From Chthonomonadales bacterium (GTDB lineage Bacteria; Armatimonadota; Chthonomonadetes; Chthonomonadales; Chthonomonadaceae), in the NCBI GenBank assembly GCA_038231295.1, contig JBBRLP010000009.1:1-64000 (forward strand): DNA of 64,000 nucleotides, given 5' to 3'. The notes beneath the pieces were generated by a model. The model worked only from the letters and a program-made list of their open reading frames with translations. It had not been told where the DNA came from and searched no databases. A program made the position numbers and the translations under genes. Positions 9,901 to 18,600 of the stretch are shown in pieces (position 1 is the first letter of the stretch; every line of letters starts with the position of its first letter).

Positions 9901-11017
9901 AGAGGAGACGTCGATTCGGGAACAGTTGGTTGGTCGAAGCCAGCAGCGTCGGAACGCCCAGCACCCGAATATTTGCTGTGGCAACCGAAGTGCCAGCCGG
10001 AGCTTCCCCATTGTTTACCAGGCGATAGATGGCTTTAGCATCGTCGGAGGAAACTTCCTTAGCAGCAGAATAGTCCGCTATCTGAAACTCTACTTTAGCA
10101 GCCTTTTTGAGCGTCAGGTTCAGCTTAAAACGCCCCTGACCGGGTTCCGCAGTACCCGTAGCTACGACCGCCCCGTCAACTTTTGCTACTACTTTCACGG
10201 GTAACAGGCTGTTCAGGTCTCCCTGAATCTCTACCGTGTCGCCGTTGCCTCCCTGCTTGATGTTATCAATGCTCGGCCAGCCAAGCAGTGCTTTATAGCG
10301 TTGGTCAAGGTCCGCCGCCAGCGTTATAAACGAGGCTCCATTCATATCCAGCACATTCGTTGCGATACGCAATTTGGCTGGGTCCGCCTGCGCGCCTGCT
10401 TGAATTTTCTTTACATTGTCGAGGAGAGATTTAAAAAGAACGATACTGTCCGTCTGGGCCTGCTCATGGGTACTGATTTTGATCTGACTCGCCAGTCCGA
10501 TATCCACCAGATTACCGCGCAGGAGTTCCAGTTGGCAGACAAGCATCATTTTCCGATAAAACACAGAGCTATACGCTTGATTTAGTGGCTTTAAATCCTG
10601 TTCAGTTTTCGGCAGGTAGGATTTGCAGCGATTCAGAGAGGCGATTTTGTCGGCACCCGTTGAATAGTGAGCAGCCTCATAAAAGGCATAAGCAGTGATG
10701 AAGTTAGGACAATAGACACCTTTCCCATTCCCGCCTAATGAGCCACCCAGAGTCCAGTCCGATCTCTCTTTTTGTTCTGTGGTGCATTCTATAGCCGCCT
10801 CAGCCGCTTGCTTATAGGTTTTGACTGCCTCCGCCGCTTTTCCGCTCTCCACCTGGGCGCGTGCGTTATCGAGACGGCCAAGCACTTCGTTCTTCCATTT
10901 TTCCTGCAGATCCGCTCTGGCAGGAGCGGCAGAAGCCAGACTGACCGCGCATAGCGCGGTCAAAAAAAGGTACCAGAGCGGCGATATAGAACGCCTTGAT
11001 GGGAGATTTGAAGACAT
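6917..11017 (-). CDS. Large secreted protein with C-terminal clan-CD (caspase/CHAT-like) cysteine peptidase domain
   Basis: 1,366-aa ORF. RBS GGAGGTAGG upstream; signal peptide (LWYLFLTALCAVSLASAAPARA). The C-terminal ~250 aa show caspase-fold landmarks. These are VFIAAIDEYG, then HIIIYLAGHGE (His-Gly), then ~47 aa later KIVAFYDMCRNGA (catalytic Cys). This spacing is typical of clan CD peptidases. The N-terminal ~1,000 aa are helical/TPR-like and beta-sandwich-like with no confident family. Confidence 0.65.
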   Translation of the reverse strand: MSSNLPSRRSISPLWYLFLTALCAVSLASAAPARADLQEKWKNEVLGRLDNARAQVESGKAAEAVKTYKQAAEAAIECTTEQKERSDWTLGGSLGGNGKGVYCPNFITAYAFYEAAHYSTGADKIASLNRCKSYLPKTEQDLKPLNQAYSSVFYRKMMLVCQLELLRGNLVDIGLASQIKISTHEQAQTDSIVLFKSLLDNVKKIQAGAQADPAKLRIATNVLDMNGASFITLAADLDQRYKALLGWPSIDNIKQGGNGDTVEIQGDLNSLLPVKVVAKVDGAVVATGTAEPGQGRFKLNLTLKKAAKVEFQIADYSAAKEVSSDDAKAIYRLVNNGEAPAGTSVATANIRVLGVPTLLASTNQLFPNRRLLSAGSFTADNLVEKDKVVVADQDGNFLTVLDAAGNPLPMVADAQTTSMVVGRVVLRANTTQVRASVQRNGTEMTTSQPVSIAFNTRLSSLAWLDTKDDRIRLAVLRVSDYTAPTGVRVNGIPYDIQPYSAKSPEADGYAERLYLLPVPRDGRNEPTVAILQGKEEQRVSFGSERLTFKAQEQEGLIKTLPEKLRELAQYAFEPTRDDERYLNAAGTALAFYQPLAEASDSEAVAIIQYEAKADFARQFNQVYLQQVNKLPDNKPAILALAEVTGKLAELAKRAGETAQLESALKNLASLADGIKVRLAVGQPLREGITPGLGLALVSMKVTGMDAQQKVTKVLVGNQPVSIASIQPIKGEVGAVQVMALIGAQSGAGQTLVQIQLSDNQTITANFDLGKALTLASGELEPKLPADPKFSNAYNQIRQIAKNPRTAPLTEAELNKMGELVRTSVHELVLAETTKSVSLANQQIALLSSKDVWGDEDQKELALRISSAEEIGKRLAVFKVQSDSEVLNDTGKFENSVKAELVRHSAIGSVVLPQENDYNHQTITITSAVTPVVKQNDVILTAQKQSANKYVFELKIQPNQKETLVTVEADLTKNGQPLALLKSNKITLRTQGFQIKVEALAFDIDKQSFERADIKNHFAICTVENAAQAEYTVLQNSSTGMITIKTKQVSVEATKATYYLPDLPEGEYVLQVTAIQGEGQTKVSPQRKRFDVVDPGGMVFIAAIDEYGPNSGIQSLPYGVQTGRDLATTLIEKYHYAAGNIYTLYGKSSGVEASDNLHLDSAKTVNLIDRDRLEEAFNNFMADVRTKNPKHIIIYLAGHGEIQDPSKGAPADYLLMASNKENLIAESLANRVALEFPNVKIVAFYDMCRNGAYTSEPNSPVASAASYVGLKSCQAKQHAYSPDSKLGLHHTFYGEALISSLAEMAGGGNLTVDHLYDLMDAKMKVLIDRAKPVMLDLANEVQSLPVKKSVFHEGANGLPSVFFRATP

Positions 11018-11042
11018 ATTTCCTACCTCCTGCCCGGTTGGG

Positions 11043-11070
11043 CACTGCCTGAAATATACATCAGGCAGTG
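11043..11070. other. Intercistronic perfect hairpin between the outer-membrane-protein and protease genes
   Basis: cactgcctga (11043-11052) and tcaggcagtg (11061-11070) form a 10-bp perfect inverted repeat with an 8-nt AT loop. It sits ~30 bp upstream of the RBS of the 6917..11017 gene. It shares the 12-mer cactgcctgaaa with the hairpin at 6890-6904. Confidence 0.5.
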
Positions 11071-11092
11071 TTCACCCCTTCGGGATTACTCA

Positions 11093-12514
11093 CTAGAACG
11101 TAGCGCGTCCAGTCAGAGTATAAGTGAGACTCCCACTGGATGTTTGGAGTTCAACGGTCGGTTCGAAACTGTAGCGTACCCCTTTAGTGACTTTAGAAAC
11201 GCGTCCCGTTGGCTTATACGTCTTTGTCACCGGGTCGAATTTTCTTTCTTCGATACCGGAGTCATCCGGATCGTAAAGCTGCTGGAACGCCAGTCCGAAG
11301 GAAAAAACGCTGTCTGCATTGGTGTAGATGGTGGCAGCATTCTCGTTGGTATGAAAGCCGAACCGTACCGGGACACTGTAGCGATTCGCATGTTTTGTAT
11401 CCCAGAAAACCGGTACGCTTTTCGGCGTGTATTCAAAGCCTAGATGGAAGTTGGTGACGGCCCGCCGCCGATCCAACTGCGAACTAATGCCGTTTACCAA
11501 TTTACGATTGGCCGCTGAAAACACCTGTAGTTCGCCGCTGACAATGTATTGACCATGCAGTTTCGGCAGAATATAGGCCGTGCCGAACGTGAATCTTTCC
11601 GGCGTCTCCGTGTTGAATGTCGTCGGAGTGGTACTCGTGGCATCCAGGCCGGAAAGTGTTGTCGCAGAACGGTACGAGAGACCGAAGGACCACTTATCCG
11701 AGGGATCATAGGCCAGTCCGGCACTTACTCCTACCCCATGACCACGTGCGCTGATGGGCGTATCGTTAATGCTGACCGTTTGGCCTGGCGACACCTGTGT
11801 GCCGACGGTGGATTCGCTGAACTCCTGATCCACAAAGAATATGCCGATTCCTACTCCCAGCTGACCTGGCAGTTTTGCCTTTTTGGGCAGGAACCTTTTC
11901 ATTATACCCTCAAACTGTTTCTTATCGAACAGTTTTCCATAGGCTACGGTAAGGTAGGAGTTTCGCACCAGCAGGTCGGTCGTTCCTGTCTGTGTCACGG
12001 TAATATTGTTTCCTGCTATACCAGACCCATCTGGAACATCCGTTTTCGAGCGATTAAAACCTTCGCGCAGTTTCAGATACCCGCCAAGAGTATAACTGAC
12101 ACCGACAAATTGATGTTCCTTCTCTGCCCCGACCGGGAAGACAAGACTTGCAAAGCCGAGCTGCGGTTTTCCGGCGCGGTTTCCCGGTTTGAACACGTCC
12201 GGCGTATTGGTCTTCGTTGTGAGCGTGGCATCCGCTTCGAATACGGAGCGGTAGTCTATCATGAATTCACGGTTGCTGAGAAAGCCGAGGCGACCGGGAT
12301 TCCAGAACGTAGCGCTGGCGTCGTTGGCAATGGCAGAGAAGGCGTTCCCCATTGCAACGGATCGGGAACCAACGCCGAGTGTCTGGAGTTGGTCCGAGCC
12401 GAGACGACGACCATAAAGAGCGCTGATTCCCTGAGCGTGTGTTACAGACGAACACGCTGCCGTAACGAGAGCGAGACCAGTCCATGAGACACACCAGGAG
12501 CGAGAGTATTTCAT
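11093..12514 (-). CDS. Outer-membrane beta-barrel protein of the FadL/TodX/PorV-like family
   Basis: 473-aa ORF with a signal peptide (GLALVTAACSSVTHAQG). The N-terminal motif VAMGNAFSAIANDASATFWNPGRLGFL matches the G-x-G-x-A-F-x-A-x-A-D-D-A-S-A-x-F-x-N-P-A-G-L signature of the FadL/TodX/PorV families. The rest has alternating beta-strand-like composition with aromatic residues and a C-terminal F. RBS AAAGGAGA lies upstream. Confidence 0.6.
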   Translation of the reverse strand: MKYSRSWCVSWTGLALVTAACSSVTHAQGISALYGRRLGSDQLQTLGVGSRSVAMGNAFSAIANDASATFWNPGRLGFLSNREFMIDYRSVFEADATLTTKTNTPDVFKPGNRAGKPQLGFASLVFPVGAEKEHQFVGVSYTLGGYLKLREGFNRSKTDVPDGSGIAGNNITVTQTGTTDLLVRNSYLTVAYGKLFDKKQFEGIMKRFLPKKAKLPGQLGVGIGIFFVDQEFSESTVGTQVSPGQTVSINDTPISARGHGVGVSAGLAYDPSDKWSFGLSYRSATTLSGLDATSTTPTTFNTETPERFTFGTAYILPKLHGQYIVSGELQVFSAANRKLVNGISSQLDRRRAVTNFHLGFEYTPKSVPVFWDTKHANRYSVPVRFGFHTNENAATIYTNADSVFSFGLAFQQLYDPDDSGIEERKFDPVTKTYKPTGRVSKVTKGVRYSFEPTVELQTSSGSLTYTLTGRATF

Positions 12515-12555
12515 TTAGCGCGATATCTCCTTTTCACCATCTAGCGGGGTTCGGT

Positions 12556-12585
12556 GGAGAGCATAGCCCGTGGGCTATGCTCTCC
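12556..12585. other. Intercistronic perfect hairpin between the adhesin and outer-membrane-protein genes
   Basis: ggagagcatagccc / gggctatgctctcc form a 13-14-bp perfect stem with a 3-nt loop, right after the adhesin stop and ~40 nt before the OMP RBS. No U-run follows. It looks more like an attenuator or processing/stability stem than a terminator. Confidence 0.5.
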
Positions 12586-12601
12586 CCTCTCCACTCCTGT
12601 T

Positions 12602-15600
12602 TTAGTTCACGTTCACGTTGAAGTACGCCGATTTTTTTTGTCCCGCGTTGCCTACGACATCTTGCAGGCCAATGTCCGTAGGCTTAGGAACCAGCGGCAC
12701 TGAGGCTACCGGCAGAATTACTGTGCCGTTCGCATTTCGTCCCAGGCTGACGATATCGATGCGGTATTGGCTTCCCAACTTGAATAGTGACGGCTGGATG
12801 GGAATCTGCCAGTTTACTAGGTAACTGCCTTTCTGATCGAGCGATGAAGTAGCGGCTCCATTCGCGCTTTGCGTGTTTGGCTTCTGAATGGCATCCAGCA
12901 AATTCCAGTAGACAGCTTGAGGAATGATGACTTCCTTGTTAGTCGCTACTTCATAGATGCGAATGGTGGCTGCCGGAGCGGAAACACCTTTCATTATGCT
13001 CAGCAGTGGCGACACGGTGGCGTTAGTATCTCTGGTGCTAGTTGGTTTGGTATTATCCAGACGGAATGTGATGTTCAGAGTTCCACCTGGGCTAACCAGA
13101 TACTTCTGTCCTGGATCTGTCGCGAATGGCGACAGTATGGCTACGGAAGGTGGAGTGTTATCCAGTACCGCATCCAGAACCGACGTTGCTGTCAGAATAG
13201 AGATTGGCCCATCTAGTTTTTGAACCTGCTGAATGGCGCTGAGAGTGATCGTATGCAACCCTTCTCCATTGGTGTCCTTCGTGAAACCAAATTTATCGAG
13301 TTGACTTCCCGTGAGGGGCGCGCTGTAGGTATCTCCCAGGCTATCGGAGTAGTTGATTTGAGTAGCCTTATCCACTTCCACTCCTATCGCAGCCGTTGTA
13401 CCACGCAGATACACTGCCTGGCGATTAAGCGAGGATTGACTCAGCTTCGGAGATGACAATACGGAAACCGTAGGCAGATTATTGCCATCGCCATCGAAGA
13501 TCACCGGTGAGGACAGTGAGAGTATAGATATCGGCAGTCCATTCACCGGGTCAAGGACTTGCACATGAACTGTAATGGACACGTTAGTCACATTACCGGC
13601 CATATCCTTCGCCTGGGCATCGATGATGTAGTCTCCATTGGAAACAGCCCCCCACATGAACCGCTTTAGCCCAGGAGTAGTAACATCATCCAGTGGCGTT
13701 GGCTGCGTCTTCGCACCCCGAATCGTAACGGTAAGACTCAGTTTGTTCTGAGGATCGGATATGTTGTCTCCCAGGTTGATGTCTATCCGGTAGGGACTCG
13801 TGATATTCTGACCATCTCGCAGATTGTTGAACTGAATCGTGGGGGGAGTACGGTCCACGAAAACGGTTCGCGAGATGAAGCCTCTGTTCAGGGCAACGTC
13901 CGCCGACTGCACGGTGAGAGTATGCTTGCCCTCTGTGACATTGGGCGACGACACATCCCAGGATACACTGTTCAGCGCAGGCAGAGCCACGTTCGGATAT
14001 TTGTCGCCGTCTATCAGAATGCTCGTTGTGAGCGGGTTCGACTGGAGATGAATGTTATCATCAATGGCCACCGTAACCTGATACTTCCCTGCCTTCAGGA
14101 AGGCCCCATCGGCAGGCGACATGAAGTTGAAGGTCGGTGCGGAGTTGTCTATGACGATATTTGCCGGGCCGGCGTTCAGCGGGAAAGTCGCGCCGCCCTT
14201 GTCGGTCGCAATCACTTCCACCGTATAGGGGCCTTCGCCAACCGTACCCGGAACGATGTCGAAGGGTTTATGCACGTTGAGCTTCGTAGAGTTTACGATG
14301 GGCTGCAGTGGCTTGTTGTCTATGGTCATGTCTTCCGTGTCGGTATAGAAGACAACGCCATTACTATCCTTGACATTGATTGTGTAACTTTGCAGGCTAG
14401 GCACGTTGACGGTACCGATGATATCCACAGGTTTGGGGCCAGCGACTATCTTCCCATCCACAGAGTACTGATCCGCGTGAATATAGAAATACCCACCGCT
14501 CTGTCGTGCGTTCCCGTCAATGTCTATGAAGTTGTCTAACGTGACCGTCTGTCCACTTGCGCTTATGGCCGTAACAGGATCGCTTATCCCTGTGTTGGCC
14601 GGAGTCGTCGTATCGTTCGAGACAATACGAATTTCCAGCGTCGTACCGGGGGCAATCCGCGTTCCATCCTGGAACAGCGCAGGGAAGGGCGTGGTATAGG
14701 TTGCGGTCTTGCCACCATTCACCACCAGGGTTCCCGGTACGATGATGGAGGCATTTGCTGGCAGAGTCGGCACCACACCAGCCGGGCTGCCAGCCCAGAG
14801 TGGCGTAGGCAGCGAGAAGATGAACGAAGCGGATCCGCCCAGATGGACATCGGAAACGCTGCCTATCACTGGTGTTGTTACCGGAACCTGAGTCCCACTG
14901 GAAGGCGACGAGATCAGCGTAGCAGGAGGAGTGTGGTCAACGATGAAATTCAGCGTTGACGTATTCGCCATGGAGACCGTATTGACGTTTCCAGACTTAT
15001 CTGTAACGGTTAGGGTGATGCTATGCTGCCCATCTACCAGCGCCGCTGTGTCAAGCCCCATAATGGTGAACGTACCCGTTCCCCCTGCGGGAGCCACAGG
15101 CGTAATGGTAACCGCAGGAGACACCGCTCCATCCACAGAGACCGTGAACAGTTTGGGGTCAAACTGCGTCGCATTCGCCATAGTGTACGTGCCGGTGAAT
15201 TGAAGCACATCACGGACAACCTGAATGACACTCGCGGTTCCGGCCGGGTTAGGCGTCCCGATGGTGTAGTCCGTAGGAGTAGGAGAGGCAGGCGTTGCTA
15301 TTGCACTGTTCGCAACGCGCTGGGCCGTCTTGAGAGTAATGGTCGGGGGAGTATTGCCGACCGTAACGGTGATCGAAGCGGAATCGGTATTACCCGCCTG
15401 GTCTGTCGCCTGAATTTTCAGAGTATGCAGGCCGTCTGCCAGTTTGGTCGTGTCCCAGTTGTCGTAGGCGACCAGACCGGTTCCCGTGTTGTCGGTAACC
15501 AGAGGCATCGCCGTGCCACTATCCGTCAGGACGTAGGTCTTGAGGTGAAGGTCGGCGATGGAACCGCGAATCTTCGGTGTACCGCGCACGAACGCGCCGT

Positions 15601-18600
15601 CAGAAGGAGAGGTGAAGGTCACGACAGGCTTGGTATTGTCCACAACGAAAGTACGGACTTCCGTCTGGCCTTTGTTGCCTGCCTTGTCCACCGCCGTGAT
15701 CTGTATCTGGTGAGCGCCTTCCTTTAGGTATGCAGCGCCTGCGCCCGGTACCAGAGTTATGGCTCCCGCCACCATCACTGTCTTCTGGGAGGCACCGTCC
15801 ACCAGGATGTCCGCATGGTCGAGGTTGGTCTCCGTGATCGTGCCGTCAATCGTGACGAGCGTCCCTCCCTGGTTCTGAACAACCGAACCGTCCGAGGGCG
15901 CCATCGGGCCGAACTTTACCACCGGGGCGGTATTGTCCACAGTGATGGTGCGGATGGCGGTCTGGCCCATGTTTCCGGCCTTGTCACTGGCTGTGATCTG
16001 AAGGGTATGCGCCCCTTCGGCGAGATAAGCAGCGGCAGCACCGGGAGTGAAGGTCAACGCGCCGGGCATGGCTCCCATCTTTCGGGAAATGCCATCCACT
16101 AGAATGTCCCACTGCTTCAGGTTGATCTCGGTAATGTTGCCATCAATCGTTACCAGATTGGTTCCCTGGTTCTGGACGAATGCGCCGTCCGTTGGGGTCA
16201 AGGCTCCAAAGGTGACGGCGGGATTGATGTTGTCCACGATAATGGTACGCACTGCCGTTGCCGCATGGTTACCGGCCTTGTCGAAGGCTTCGATCTGAAT
16301 GGTGTGCGGCCCATCGGCGAGATAGGCTCCCGCCATACTTGCCGCCGCTCCCGGCTGGAAGGTGATCGGGCCAGCCGTCATACCGGTCTGGCGGGTAACT
16401 CCGTCTACCAAGATGTTCCAGTGATCGAGGTTGATCTCGGTCACCGTGCCATCAATGGTAATCAGGGTGCTTGCCTGGTTCTGGACAAACGCGACATCCG
16501 AAGGCGTCATCGCACCGAAGGTGACAATCGGATCGGTGTTGTCTATGATGATCTGGCGCGTGACCGAAACGTCCGCTTTAGAGATGTCGGCAGCGGTCAG
16601 TGTAGCCGGGTTGGCAGTGTTGGTAACCGCGAGGGTCAGGGTATAGGTTCCGTCCGGGGTACTCCCCGCCTTGGTGTCGAAGGGATCGGTCGGAGCCTTG
16701 TTCAGTTTGCTCGTCTGAGGCAACTGCGTCGCCGCAGGGGTCGGGCCGTCGCCGCCAAGTTGAATCGGCCCAACGGTCGCATTGCCCAGTAGCAGCAGCC
16801 ACTGTTTCGGATTCAGGATACCGACTTTACCGAAGACCGTGATGTCTCTTCCGACAAAGACAGCGGATAATCCCAGACCATCGGAGATGCCCGTTCCTTT
16901 GTAGTCGTGGAAGTCAATCTCGTCGAGGGTGACTGCCGACTTGATAACGAAGACCGTGACTACCGCGCTCGTGACGATATGCGGTGGGTTCACCAAGTCT
17001 CTGCCCGTTAGGGTGATGTCTACACTGCTGCCCGCCGTCGCGGTATCGAAGCCGCCGATGATGGCGGGAATGGCGGTAGAAGCCACACCGCCGGTCGGAA
17101 CGACATCCACCGTTGTGGAGGCCGTCGTCGCGCCGTTGTGATAGGTGAAGGTGAAGGTCGCCTTGGACAGATCGAGGTTCGCACCGGAGATGAAGCCGAC
17201 GGTTGTGCTTCCTACAGGAACCGTCGCGCCGTTGGTCGGAGAAGAGACGACGACGACCGGGCCGGTGTTCTGGATGGTGATGGTGCGGATGGCGGTCTGG
17301 GCTTTGTTACCGGCTTTGTCCTCCGCAGTGATCTGTATGGTATGCTGCCCGTCTACCAGATAGGCCACGCCTGCACCCGGAGTGAAACTGATCGCTCCCG
17401 TGGTCATGCCGGTCTTGCGGGAGACGCCGTCAATCAGGATGTCCCACTGTTTCAGATTAGTCTCGGTAACGGTACCGTCAATCGTGAGCAGATTGCCAGC
17501 CTCGTTGCGGACGATAGCGCCGTCGGAGGGGGTCATCGCGCCGAACGTCACTACCGGAGCCGTGTTGTCCACCGTGATGGTTCGGACAGCCGTCTGACCG
17601 GCGTTCCCCGCCTTGTCGGTCGCCTTTATCTGGAGCGTGTGGGAGCCATCCATCAGGTAGGCTGCCCCTGCGCCCGGAACGAGGCTAATCGCGCCGTTGG
17701 TCATGCCGGATTTGCGGGACGTGCCATCAATCAGGATGTCCCACTGGTTCAGGTTCTGCTCGGTCACATTGCCGTCAATGGTGATGAGGCTGCCCGCCTG
17801 GTTCTGCACGAACGCGCCGTCCGAGGGAGTAAGCGGGCCATACGTGACGACCGGAGCGATGTTATCCACGACGAAGGTTCGTACTGCCGTCGCCGCATGG
17901 TTGCCGGACTTGTCGAAGGCTTCGAGTTGGACGGTATGCGGGCCATCACAGAGATAGGAACCGGCCATGCTCGCCGCCGCGCCGGGCTGGAAGGTGATCG
18001 CGCCAGTGGTCGTGCCGGTCTGGCGGGCAACGCCGTCAATCAGGAAATTCCAGTGGTCGAGGTTGGCCTCGGTCACCGTACCATCCAGAGTGATCAGGCT
18101 GCCGGTCTGGTTCTGCACGAACGCCATATCCGAAGGCGTCATCGCTCCGAAGGCGACGACCGGGTCGGTATTGTCTATGATGATCTGGCGCGTGACGGAG
18201 ACATCGGCCTTCGAGAGGTCGGTGACGGTCAGGGTATTCGGGTTGGCAAGGTTCGTGACCGCGAGGGTCAGGGTATAGGTTCCGTCCGGGGTATTCCCCG
18301 CCTTCGAGTCGAAGGGGTCGGTCGGAGCCTTGTTCAGTTTGCTCGTCACCGCGAGTTCGGCGGCAGGCGGGGTCGGGCCATCGCCACCGATCTGGAGGGG
18401 AGTCGGGATCGCCGCGCCGCTGAGAACCAGCAGCCACTGTTTCGGGTTGAGAATACCGACTTTGCCGAAGACGGTGAGGTCCCGTCCGACAAAGACGGCG
18501 GACGCTCCGAGCGGATCGGAGATCGCCGTTCCCGCAAAGTCGTGGAACAGGATGCTGTCGAGCGTGACCGCCGACTTGATGACGAAGACCGTCACGATGC

